Below the pieces are notes generated by a model. That model was not told where the DNA came from, did no database searches, and was given only the letters and a program-made list of their open reading frames with translations. Position numbers and translations under genes: made by a program. Source: Chromera velia (taxonomy: Eukaryota). Taken from it: a DNA stretch of 56,955 nt. The stretch spans positions 1-56,955 of the forward strand of contig JAHBMJ010000129.1 in NCBI GenBank assembly GCA_018398765.1, given 5' to 3'. This document shows positions 37,151-49,934 of the stretch, in pieces; position 1 is the first letter of the stretch; each line of letters starts with the position of its first letter.

Positions 37151-40100
37151 GCATTAAAGCGGGGGGGGCACCACTCTTTTGCAAGAGAGATTGCGCGAGA
37201 CCCTCCAAAGGCTAATCAAATCAATCTATCAACGAAAGACCATACTAGAAAGAGGGACGGGAGAAAGTAAAACAAAATTCAGTTGCAGTTTGTGGCGATT
37301 TCGGAGATATGCAAAGACTGCATGTCGAGGCGATATAAAGCTACACATTCATTCATAGAGAGAGATAAAGACATGGACCTTCAAGATCTAGTGTCTCCAG
37401 AAAGGAAAGCAAAACGAAAAAGACCACAGGAGCCTTCAAGGGTCCAATGCTTCTCTCTGCAGCGAGTAGAAAAAGAAAGACATGCGAAAGGGCGCCTGAC
37501 TGAAGTCCACTTGTCTGCCTGTCTGTCGCTGTCTGTTTGACTGGTTGCCTGCCTTCCTTCCTTCTTTCCTGTCTTATCTGCCTGTCCATCTTTTAGTGTG
37601 ACCCCAGAATCAGAGATAATGCCTGACTCTGATCTACAAATCGGAGGTGTTTGATCCTCGATATCCCCCCATCCCCTCCTTCTTGTTGCGTGCCCATTTT
37701 CTCGAGAAAATTTAGGAGGAGAGGCAACGCTTGGCCCTGGACGGCAGACGAGCCTACAGATCTAACGGAAGGAAATTAAGGGATACGATTTCACCACACG
37801 TGACACGTGTACATCGTTCTTGTTTGTTTGAGTCTGCTGTTGGTACAAGCGGATTGGTCAGGTTAGGTCAGGTCTTTATCCCCTCCATGTGCTTGATCGA
37901 TAGCTAAAACGACATTGCTGGAAGGAAGATTCGGATGGAGAGACTGTGAGCCGGGGCGTGAATTGAAAGTCGAGTCTATGTAGGGGCGGCTCTATCCATC
38001 ACAAAGAGGGGGGGGCGAAGTGGAAGAGGTGAGTAAAAGAAAAAAGAAAAATGGGGAAAAGGGGGACCTTAGACACCTTAGAACGGAAAAACTGTGCAAA
38101 AAACGTGTGTCATACTCGAAAGTCAGAGAACAAATAGGAAGCAACTAGGACCTGGTGTCCTTGCTTGAGAAAAAAACAAAAGAAGAAACCAAGATTCCAT
38201 TTTCTCTGTTCCAGGCATTCAGCCAGCATTTTTCCTGATCACGTGTTCTTCCATGCCGATTGGCAAGGCACACGACACACTGATGCTTACCACTTTCAGT
38301 CGGTGAGATGGTAATACTGGCTGGTCTTCTATATGCAGGAGAGTACTACATACAATGACCTGCTACCTCTACCAGACAACAGAGACCCCATACATAGCCC
38401 TTAGGCATGTAGCTAGCCAAATTGCTGACCGAGCTTCAATTCCTCAGTTGAGAGCGGCAGGACATTGAGAAGGACGAAGATTCTCCTGGGAGAAAGAGTG
38501 CACTCTGCAAACGCCCAGACGAATAAATTTTCTATCACAGACACAAAAAGATAGGTTCGTCCTACAAGAATACAGAAAAGATAACATGAGACACCTTTCC
38601 TGCGTCTTTCTCTACATGTTAGAATCATCGACGCCGTGCTGTGAAAAACGTCTGGTCACAGGCACGCAGCACGCACACACATACTCACACGCTCGTAGAA
38701 GCAAAAAAAAAGGCTTTGTGTTTGTTTGACAGAAAATAGCTGAGAGGACCTGCAGATGTGGGAAGCTTCACTTCGTACACTCTCTTCTGCAGTCTACAGT
38801 TAAACATTCAAAGAGCCCCTGCCTGCTTGCAGGATCGATCGACTGACTCGAGAGGTCCACATTCCAAAAAGGCACCCCCAGCACCTTTCCCTGCATCCAT
38901 TTAATGACCGTCAACCACATTCACCACACACAAAAGACTGCCTGGGTAAGGAAGGATGGACACGAAAGAAAAAAGGCTGCACTGGAAATGACTATCCAGA
39001 CAAAGAAGACTGTCAAACCGCATGGAGGGATGAAAGCAAAGCAACCTACCAGAAAAGGAGACTCAGGATGATCAACAAGAAGATGATTCGATGCTGTGAC
39101 AAGAAGATGAAGACCAATTAAAATGGCTACACAGATTTTAACAGCGAAGTGAGCATGCAAACACACTCGGAGGGATCTATAGGAGGCTATCTCCCTTTTA
39201 CACTGTTTCCAAAGACAGTCACCTGACTGATCCCTAGAACCACGCACCTGTTTGATCATGTACAGCCACGTGCACGCCGCACCGTATCTCTGTCGGTCCA
39301 AAGCCATTTCAGACAGAGCCTGCTCACATTCAGGCAAGCAAAACACAAACAAAGGCGGGTAAAAATGCCTTGATAGTTAGATCTGAACAACTGCAGGTGG
39401 AGAGAGACGTCATGGAGTTGAGAGGCCAACGAAGAGAGGTCCACCTTAAATGCATTGTAGAGGACCCACACACTTGAGCACTGGGTTCCGATGTCTTCAG
39501 AAGCATGCAAAGGATGCTATCCCAAGTCGTCGGGTGGAAGCTGCCAATAGAACCCGCCTTTTCTGCAGAGAGAGCACGTACTATAACATAGGCTTGGGCC
39601 AGAAAAAAGGAATAGAAAGAAATAAAACAGATCACCGTGATAGATGCAGAATTCTTTGCAGAGGTAGAAGATCACGAAAGGGACGGAGAGTAGGAAGATG
39701 TGAAACGAGACGAGACGGAGTGTAAAACTTGCTGCGGATAATGCCTCACCTTCCTTTTGCCCAGCGGCCTCGACAAGCTGATTGTCCATCTGCACAGTAG
39801 GAAATCAAAACTGAGTGAAAGCAGCGGAAAAACGGAAAATCTGAAATGAGCGGTTGGCAGACGGACAAGTCAGAATGTCTTACGCGAATTCTTTTGCTTA
39901 AATGGGCAGGCAGATCCAGGAACTAGACCTGCTGGTCACCTCATGCAGAGCATAATTGGAATCTCCGGGTCTCATGTACAAGATTCGTAATGGGAAGACG
40001 AAACTGTCAGATTTGACACCAGACAGAACGATTCAAAAGTCTGGACCATGTCTGGACCTCAAACAAACCCATGTCCCGGAAAGGGGGACTTGTACAAAAT

Positions 40101-40224
40101 ATACTTTATGCAACGCCGTTGCATACACCCCCCCCCCCCNAACCCTGAGATCGCCATTGTATAAGCGAATCATGACGGCATCTTTCCCCATCCAAGAGGA
40201 CTTGCATCATAAGTTGCATGTGCA

Positions 40225-40473
40225 GAAGGGGGAAGGAAAGAGGGAAGGGAAGAGAGAAGGGAAGAGGGAAGGGAAGAAGGAAGGAAGGAAGGAAGGAAGG
40301 AAGGAAAGAAGCAGGGAGGGAGGGAGGGAGGGAGGGAGGAAAGAAAGGAGGGAAAGAAGGAAGGACGGAAGCCTTAGGAAGGATGGAAGGAAGGAAAAAA
40401 GAAAGCAGGAAAGAAAGAAAGAAGGAAAGAAGGAAAGAAAGAAGGAAGGAAGGACAGAAAGAAGGAAGGAAGA

Positions 40474-40506
<33 letters not shown>

Positions 40507-41150
40507 AAGAAAAAAATAAAGAAATAAAGAAATAAAGAAAGAAAGAGAGAAGGAAAGAAGGGAAAAAGGAAAGAAGAAAAGAACGAAAGACGGAGAAAAC
40601 TTCAAGGGAGAAAGAAAAGAAGAAAGGAGGGAAGGAAAGAGGGAACGAACGAGAGAAAGAAGCTAGGAAGGACGGAAGGAAGGAAGGAAGGAAGGAAGGA
40701 AGGAAGGAAAGAAGCTAGGAAGAAAGGAAGGAGACGAAAAGAGAGGGAGGGAACTTCAAGGAAGGAATGCAGGTAAGTGAGTAAGTGAGTGAGTGAGTGA
40801 GTGAGTAACGGTGAGTGAGTGAGTAAATGAATGGGTGAGTGAATGATTGACTGACTGACTGACTGCGTGAGTGAGTGAATAAGTGGATGAATAAATAAAC
40901 AAGTGAATGACTGACTTAATGACGCTTGCTGATTGACTGACGGACGGATGGACAGATGGACTGACTGATGGACTGACTGATAGGCTGACTGGCTAAGTGA
41001 CTGACAGACAGACAGATAGACGGACTGATGGATGGATTGGCTGACGGACGGACGGATGGACGGATAGACTGACTGACTGACGGACCGACCAACGGACGGA
41101 CTGACTGACAGACTGATGAACTGACGGATCGATGGAGTGACTAACAGTTA
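40225..41150. repeat. Compound microsatellite (GGAA/GAAA)n-(GAGT)n-(GACT/GACG)n
   Basis: Directly visible. The GACT tract resumes at 47521, after element 2. Confidence 0.9.
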
Positions 41151-41153
41151 CTG

Positions 41154-41421
41154 CGTAAGATTGCTAAGAGATAACTAAGGAGGATTTCTAGAGCCATTCA
41201 TAGGATGCACAAAAGAACTGATCGTTCGGTTCTTCTTTTAGACATTATTGTTTCTCCATGAAATATAACACATCACAACACCGGTGTCAGTCTGTGAAAA
41301 GACGTATACAGCAAAACCATGCAGACTGAGGCAGGCCGGCAGACTAAGCACGTGCGTCAAACACGCGGCGGCGTGATAATCAGGCGATGACACGTTGGCA
41401 GCGCTAAGCATCAGTACTACA
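41154..41421 (-). repeat. 3' LTR of element 2
   Basis: Direct repeat of 47253-47520, ~33 substitutions by manual alignment. Confidence 0.93.
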
Positions 41422-42149
41422 ACATGCCCGCCCCTCTCAGACGTGTGTCCTCACACGTAGTCAAATCTGAACAGACACACTTTTATCAAATGTAGCTGGA
41501 CAAGACATTTGTTCACTAACAGCCAGACACACGAGACTACAGTGAATCAATCAATCTCAATCAACCCACAAACAACCCATCACATAAACATCCCTCGACA
41601 TGTTCGTATGCCATGGCTAACAACATAAGCAGGCATCGGCTTGCATGGACCCCTTCATGTAGCCGATCATAGAAGAATACCCATTCAGACTGGATGTCCC
41701 ACATTCAGTCACCAGACAAGTGACTCCGTACATTAAATGGTGCAAGAAAAATAGATAGACAGAAGAAGAGAATAAAATACATGCATACGCGTGCGAAAGG
41801 CATTAAGAAAGAAAGCTGAACGTAAAAAAGAGGAAAGCAACAAAAAGCATACAAAAGAGAGAGAAGAGATAGGAAAAGATACAGAGAAAGATGCAGAGAC
41901 GATAACAGAGAGAGAAGACGTCGTCACAAGACAGAGAGAAGAAAACTGCATCAATGACATTCATTCATTCATTCATTCATGCATTCATTCATTCATCCAT
42001 TCATTCTCACTTCCCCCATCCTTCCCGTAACCCCTCAGGAGTAGAACGAGAGTGAGAGAAAGTCATGTACAAACATTTACTCATATGCATTCATTCCCTT
42101 TGATTCCTAGTCCCCTCACTTCTTTCCCCCTCTCCCTCCAAAAGGCCTT

Positions 42150-45100
42150 TCAGGCCGCGCCAAGAACTCTCTGATTTTTGAACGAGCATTCAGAAGATTT
42201 TCTGATGGCTCCCACGTAGCATTCTTTTCTGAATCCTCTTTCTAGTGTACTAAATACTCCACACTACGACCGATCTTCCTCTTGTCGAGGACTGTTTCTA
42301 CTTCATGCTCTTTTTCAGCCAAGTGTGGAAGGCGCACCGGCGGAGGATTCTTTTTAGACTGTCCTTTTTGTAGTAAATATCTTTTCAACCAGACCACGTG
42401 GAGAACTGGATGTCTTCTGACCCCCTCAGGAAACACCAGTTCGTATGCGACCTTTCTGACCTATCGGTCTACTTCAAATGGCCCGTACTACAGATATGCA
42501 AGTTTCTTTCGATCTCCCTCCGGTGTCTTTGCTCCGGTAAAGAAGTTCCTGTGGACTATAACCCAATCCCTAGGCTTGAATTCTTCTTTTCTTCTTCTCT
42601 GGTTGTAGTAATGTGCTGCTCTCTCCCTCGCTCTCTCTAATCGGTCTCTCACTTCCTGAACGATATCCACCCTCTCTTTCAAGTCTTGTGAAGCTTCAGG
42701 TGAGGATGGATAGGGGCAGAGAAAACTGGGGAGAGTGAGTGGATCTCTTCGTTCAACGACACGGAAGGGAGTGAATCCAGTCGACTTGTGGACGCTCGTG
42801 CGGACTGCAAAGGCAAACATCTTCAAGTGCTGAGGCCAGTCCTTCTGATGGTCTGCGACAAAGCACCGAAGCATCTGCTCAAGCGTCCGATTCTCGATCT
42901 CCGTCTGTCCATCTGTCTGAAGGTGCTGAGCAGTTGATATCTTGAGCTTGGTTCTGCACAGGTGGAACAGTGTTTGCCAGAAGTTTGAGATAAACCTGGA
43001 GTCGCGATCAGAGATAATTGATTGTGGCATGCTATGCTTATACACCACTTTGTCAAAAAACTTCTGTGCTGTCTCTTGGGCTCCGGCTGTCTCTCTGGTG
43101 GGAACAAAGATCGCCCACTTGCTTAACCTGCACACCATATCCATGATCGAGTCAACTACCTCTCTCTTGAACTGAACAGGCGGAAGACCAGTGATGAAAT
43201 CCATTGAGAGATCGTGAAAGGGAGACTCTAGCACCGAGAGTGGTTGAAGAAGGCCTGGAGGCTTCTCGTTTGACGGTTTGTTCCTTTGACACACATCGCA
43301 GTGAGCAATGTAGTGCATCACCCGCTTCCATATGTGTGGCCAAAAGAAGTCTGCAGCCAGTCATTGGTAAGTCTTGTCCACTCCAAGGTGCCCAGCCAAA
43401 GGAAAATTGTGATACTCCCAGATGACTTGCCTTTGCAGTGTCTTTGTCGGGATCGCCAGTCTCCTCTGGTTGTAGTACAGAAGTCCCTCTTTCACCGAGA
43501 AATGACTCAAACGCAAACGCAGGTAGGCAGGGAGGGTGCCTTGGGTGGGAGCATGAGTGAGGAAAGGAAGGAGCTCCTTGAAGAAAGAGTCCTGAGCATA
43601 CCCCTTCCTAACTTGATCCAGAAACTTTGTGTCTGGGCAAACTTTTCGAGTGCTCTCCACCTGGACAATTCGGTCTGTTTCCTTTTCATCAGACCTCTCC
43701 TCTCCTGTCTGCTTCTGCGTTCCGGTTCGAGACGGTCGACGTGATAGCACGTCTGCCACAACGTTCTTGGAGCCAGGGATGTACTGAAAAACAATGCCTA
43801 ATGCATTCAGGAAGATGGTCTATCTCTTTATTCTGTCGGGGCCTTCGATCAGACCCCCTGAAGTGCCGAGCCACTTCAAGCTCTCATGATCGGAGTAGAC
43901 CTTCGTGGTGTGATTCACATAAATACAGAAGGTCTTCACCCCAAATATAACTGCCAGAAGCTCCTTTTCCCGAATCGGATACTTCTGCTCAGCTTGAACG
44001 AGCTTCTTGGAAGCAAGGGCTATAACTCTCAGTCCATTCACTCTTCGATCCCACTGTATCAGAACTGCCGCGATGCAGATCTCTTTCTCTGACGCATCAA
44101 TATACAAGTCAAAAAGGTGGGTAGGATCTAGAATGAAGAGAAAAATTAATTCTGCAATCTTCTCTTTCAACTCCTTGAATGCTGTTTCACAGACCTTTGA
44201 CCAAACGAACTCGACCTTCGCCTGGAGAAGAGAAGTAAGCGGGGCTGTGACATGACTGTACCTGTAGATAAATCTCCGGAACCAGTTACACAGTCCCAAA
44301 AAGACATGGAGCTCGTGTTTGTTCTCAGGCTTCGGCCAAGTCTGAACGAGCTCTGCTTTCTTCGGCTCCGCTCTTACTCCTATATCCGAGATCTCCAGCC
44401 CAATGTACACGACTTTTGGGACAAAGAATTTGCACTTAGAGATCTTTACATATTAATACTTGTCTTTTCTCAGGCATCCAAAGACTCTCTGCAAATCCTC
44501 TTCATGTTGGTCGACCGTCGGGGAGTGCACGAGGACATCATCGATCCAAGCAAATGCGCAGTCATCCAGAACTTTGCGAAAATAAACTTGAATAGCTCAC
44601 TGGCTGGTCAGCGGTGGGTTACATATCCCTAAAAAGATCACCAGCCACTCATAGTTGCCGTACTAGGTGCACATCGCTGTCTTCGGTTCATCATCCAGTC
44701 GAATGCAAAGCTGATAGAAAAACTGCCGCATATCGAGGACCGAAAAAATCTTCGCTCCGTGGAGACGGTCCAACAATTCTTCCAGTCTGGGCATCGTGTA
44801 CTTGTCCTTGATCATGATCTTGTTGATGGCGCGGTAGTCGATGCACATCCGTAGACTCCCATCTTTCTTCGCTACAAAGAAGGCTGGTGCTGCAAACGGA
44901 GAGACAGAGGGACGGATGAATCCCTTTGCCAGCAGATCATCCAGTTGTCTCCTCATCTTATCAAGCTCTCCAAAAGAAAGTCGGTATGGCGGCCGAGCGG
45001 GAGGGGGATGTTCAGGCTCCAGATCAATCGCAAACTCGACTGACCGTCTTAGGGGTAGCTTAGGGATCTCGTTGCAAAAGATCTCCCGATACTCTCCCAC

Positions 45101-47130
45101 CACCTTTCGAGCTGCAGGGTGGAGGGAGGGATCACTCATGACTTTTGACCACCCCCTATGGAGCGTTTCATCCTTCTCCCTCTCTGCCTTCTCTTCTGTT
45201 GTCTCTCCTTCTGGCACTTCCTTTTCTGTCTCTTCTCTGATCGCCGCTGCCATTTTCGCCTCACCTGGGGGTTCTACCTCCAGGGTCATCAGCATAGGGG
45301 CCAACACAGGCTCCACCATTTCCAACCTACAAAGATACACCTCTTGCACACGGCCCTTCCTGACCTCTCTTTTGAGCTCTCTGCTGGAAAGAGTATGGAC
45401 AGATGTCTGTGTCTGTGACTTGATAGTGACTGACCTTCCATGAGCCCCTAGGATTAGAATCTCTACTTCTCCTTTGCCCCAATGCAGCATACGAGGCTCA
45501 TGTTTGATCAGCCACTTCATGCCCAGATAGACATCATAGTCGTCATCGAGGTTAGCCAGGGTGAACTTCATTCTCTGGTGGTACCCCTGAATAGAGAAGG
45601 CTAGAGGACTGGTATACTTGTTGACCGTAGTCACCACCGTCTGCCTGTCTTCTCCCTTAATGGCCCCTCTACACTGACACAAACTTTGCATCTTCTTGAT
45701 AGGAAGACCTTTGTCATGAGCGAATTGGGCAGACAGAAATGTCTTCCCTGCCCCACAGTCTAAGAGCACTCTCACTGGAATGCCCTCGACAGTGCCCTGG
45801 AAGCGAATTATCTTCACCTTCCCGTCATCACTGGCAGCGCCGATCATATTTGCCTGGTCGTACACGTAGGGGTCAGCGGGCTGCTCTCCCTCAATGTTCA
45901 TCGAGAGCTCGTTATCTGGGAACCAGAATTCTTCCTCTCCTTCTCTAATAACCTGATCCCCCTCCTGCCCTGCAGTCTGGATACTAGCTGCACGGCTATT
46001 CCAAGCATGCCCTCTCTGCCCCCCCTGTGGGCGACCTCTCTGCACATTCGGTGGAGAGCTACGTGGTGGCCCTGTCCATCCAACTGGCATCCACACCCAT
46101 CGTCTTTCTCCACCACCGGTGCTAACAAGTGGACCTCCTTGACTACTATACGTGGGTCTCTGCGGTCCTAAAGGACCCCATGGCCTTTTTCCGTACGGCT
46201 GCTGCAGTCTGGGAACATTTGATCCGAACCCCCTCTACAAAGACAACAAGGATGGACAATCTTTCTTCTCATGTCCCTTCTGTTTACAGAGGAAGCACCG
46301 TCCTTGTCGCATCAGTTTGGCTCTCTCTTTTGAAGAAAAAGAGCACACAGCGTCCAGCTACATGGGAACAGGTCCGTCAGAGTTGGACCCACCCTGGTGT
46401 TTTCCGTTCGGTCTGCTGCCCCCAGTCTGAGCGTGCCTCTTTCGATTCCCACCCCTTCCTTCCAAAGTCTCCGCTGCGATACAAGCCGCCTCCACTGCCT
46501 GCTCGAGAGTGGAAGGAGCTTTCTTATTCACCTTGAGGCAAATCGTATCGGGGATGGCCTTCTTGAAGATGTGGATGAGATCAGTAGGGGTCGATGTGTC
46601 TTTGATCTCTTCCACCAGATCCAGGAAGGCGTTTCCAAAGCTCTCTATGCCCTGTGCTTTCGAGTATTGGAGCTCCTCCAGTGTATTCCTATGGTGATCT
46701 TACTCAAGCGGGTCGATGTACCTCTTTTTCATTGCCTCTGCAAAGTTTTGGAAGGAACGGAAGGGAGTTGCACTTTTCTGCTTCCGATGGACCCACTTCT
46801 TCAGAGTCTTCGACAGATAGCTTTTCGAAACAAAGAGCTAGCGACTCTCCAACACTCCCGTGCCCTGGCAATACTCCTTCATGTCTTCGAGCCAGTCAGA
46901 GACCTCATGCTAATCCCCTGCAAAGATGGAGGGCTCCCTCATCTTGCAGGCTCGAGGCAGTTCTCTGTTGAGCAACAAAGGATGTTCACCGGCAGACGTC
47001 TCTACTCCAGCGGCCGTGGTCGGAGGCACGACTTGCGTCCGTGGCTCCCGAACTTTATCTACTAGCCTCTACATCATAGAGCACTGTAAGAGAAGTTCCT
47101 GGTACAGCTCCTGGAACTGTGCATTGCACT
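42150..47130 (-). pseudogene. Element 2 gag-pol with chromodomain integrase
   Basis: Knuckle CFLCKQKGHEKKDC, protease [42 protein letters not shown], RNase H IDAS...EKELLA, integrase SMDFITGLP/SDRDSRF/QTDGQTE, YGPF, and chromodomain HEVETVLDKR...YLVH*K...ATWEP. Multiple stops and frameshifts. Confidence 0.93.
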
Positions 47131-47252
47131 CGGACTGAGTAACAAACTGACTGAATGTCCCTTCAGCCAATGGCATTCAGTGCACCCACAACACAAATGA
47201 ATATGATTAACTACAGCCTCTGGTCGAACGAGGCTTCTGCTACAGGTAACCC

Positions 47253-47520
47253 TGTAGGATTGCTAAAAGATGACTAAGGAGGATTTTTAGAGCCATTCAT
47301 AGGATGCACAAAAGAACTAATTGTTCGGTTCTTCTTCTAGACATTGTTGTTTCTCTGTGAAACACAACATATCACAACACCGGTGTCAGTCTGTGAAAAG
47401 ACGTATGCAGTAAAACCATGCAGACTGAGACAGGCCAGCAGACTAAGCGCGTGCGTTAAACACGCAGCGGCACAATAATCAGGTGATGATACATTTTTGG
47501 CGCCAGGCATCAGTACTACA
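47253..47520 (-). repeat. 5' LTR of element 2
   Basis: TG...CA, direct repeat of 41154-41421. Confidence 0.93.
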
Positions 47521-49934
47521 AACTGACTGACGGATGGACGGACTAATAGACTGACAGACTGACGGAAAGAGAGTGGACTCTAAAGTAGGACTTAGTGGAA
47601 TTCAAAGTGACTTTTAAATTTACTATATTCTAGCTTCATTATAAAGTAAAACTAGGTTGCTTAAAGCAATCTAGAGCTTTTTAAAGCATTTAAAATCAAT
47701 GCACACATTACTTCTGTACGAATCTGCTCAAATGTGCTCAAAAGACTGGTTGATTAGCTAGGATGCATGGTGAGAAAAATTGTGATCACTGCGGCATGTA
47801 GAAGTTAGTGAACATTACTTGCAAAGAAATACACAGGCACAACACTAATGGATACGCTCAAAAGCAACGTTTAGCGCCGCTAATTAACTACAAAGAATTG
47901 CTTTTTCTGTAAGGGAAACAGTGTAGGAAGGAGGGCTTTATAGCTAGGCTGGTCAGACCGGACAGGAGGCGGTCAGTAGGGGTTGGAGAGGATTCTGAAG
48001 AACAAAGCACAGAGACAATATAATTTTTTTCACAAAGAACTCACACTACACAGTGCAAAAGCTTGCAAATCGTTCTGCATCTGTCAATAAGAAACTGTGA
48101 AAAAGAAGGACAGGTCTGTAGGTAGATCTAGATGTTTAGATGGAGACCAGTACGGAGTGCCACAAATGAGAAAGGATGAACGAGTAAGGAGCACTTGCAT
48201 CGGAATAGTATAGACCGCTTTCAAAGACTGACACACACGGAGCAAGTAGAAGATATTCAAATGCATGAAAACTAAGCGATTGGTCTGGGTGGAAAAATGT
48301 TTGGCACGACTGAGAGCTGTGCAGCAAAGCTTCAGAAGAGGCAGTCAAAAAATGGAGGCTCCAGCAGACTCTCCATCGACCCTCTCTCAGTGACCTCCCT
48401 TGTGCATTTCTGTCAAGCTCTTAGCAGAACAAAGAAGCTGGATGCTAAGCAAATCATCATGTAAAGTGAGAGAGCGAGCCGCGTTTCCTTAACTGACCTG
48501 CAGGTGTCCCCAAGTCTCCGTTCACCAACACCTACAAACATGGAGGGACGGGCATTCACGCTTTATGCAGTCAAGGAAGCACTTCTGTCTAGCTTATTCT
48601 GCGTACACAAGGTCCTAAAGAAAAGACCAAGAGCCTAAGAAGCAGCGGGTCCGGACAGGCTGACCTGGGGGTTGACCGCGGGGCTCCCAAGACTGTGACC
48701 TGCAAGGAAAGAGTAAGGAGAGCGATGAGGGCAGCAGTACTTTAACACCTGAATAAGGCCGGCAGCCCTTCCCCGCTTGAACAAGAGGAGCAGCAACAAG
48801 CAGAAAGACGTTGAAAACAAGATCAAATTGGCTGGTCTCCACTGGACCTACCTGCAAGCTCCACTTCGTGCTGACCCGAGGTGATCCAGCAACAGCCGTC
48901 TCCTCTTTAGTCTCCTCTAGAGCTCCGAAAGTGCACTCCCAAAAAAAAAGTCAAAACCGAGAAAACGCTCTGTCACACATCTTCTGAAACCATCAGAAGA
49001 CATCTGACAGAGCGTTTTTTATAGCAACATTTCTGTGGGAAAAGTCCGTTTGCTCAAAGGTTCAGAACTCCGCAGTTTTAAACCTGTGGACCTTCAAGAC
49101 GGACAAAAGACTTCAGACCTGATTATTAGCCGACAGAGGCAAAGTCGGCGCTGCGTGCATCGAAGGGGCAGGGTGCCGTCACCCCCTCTGGCCCTGTGGC
49201 GGCGCTTCCCGGACCCACGATAAGCCCATGTCTGGACCTGGCGGCGGGGAGGTTTGATCCCCCTTGCCCAAGGTTCAGAAGTGCGGACTTCTGAACCTCG
49301 GAAAGGGGGGGGTGTCCGACCCAACTCGAGGTCCCTGACCTAAAACAGTTACAAAACACTGTCAGAGGGTTTCTACTATCTGCATGCATGCATTTGTATC
49401 ACCAACTTGGATGGCTGACGAGCTGGGAGATTATAATAAGTCCCATTCTACCGCCGAATGAAATGATGAGGAGTAAAAAAAAACCATTTTTAGACAGCAT
49501 GAGAAAGAGGCAGGGATAGAGAGCGATAGAGAGTGAAAAAGGGAGGAACATGCAAATACATATACCATGGACAGATGCATGTATGTATTTCATCATATAC
49601 ACGAAAACATAGTCCCTAAAACAAAGCGGAGCAAACTGAGATGACAAAGATGTTGTCCACCCTCACGCAGAGGCGTACTTGAGACCAACAGACACCTGTA
49701 GATGGCATTGCAAGCCCGACTGAAAAGGTATGGCAAGAGAAGGCATGGAGACGGAGCGCAGAGACGATGTTGTTCATTGTTTTACATAAGGGAAAGGAGC
49801 CAAAGAACGGGTTTACCACTTTATCCCTCATGTTTTGGAATCTCAGAACTGTCCCTAAGCGATTGCCGGTACCTTTCGGTGTCCAGCCTTTGTTGAAAGG
49901 GGGGGCGTTGCATAAGGACCCCATTAAATCCCCC

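Larger units (their letters stand above)
41154..47520 (-). mobile_element. Full-length chromovirus-type Ty3/gypsy LTR retrotransposon (decayed), element 2
   Basis: 268-bp LTRs at 41154-41421 and 47253-47520. TSD TACTG/AACTG (4 of 5 match). PPT GAGAGGGGCGGGCATGT next to the 3' LTR. Confidence 0.95.

Noticed and set aside
38200..40220. Possible spliced minus-strand gene, perhaps continuing at 47900-48900 across element 2
   Set aside because: Splice-like signals and short hydrophobic ORFs exist, but no phase-consistent model or family could be built.
40207..40605. ORFs made of microsatellites (also 15022-15575, 20191-20712, 28369-28885)
   Set aside because: They are translations of simple repeats in introns or intergenic DNA.
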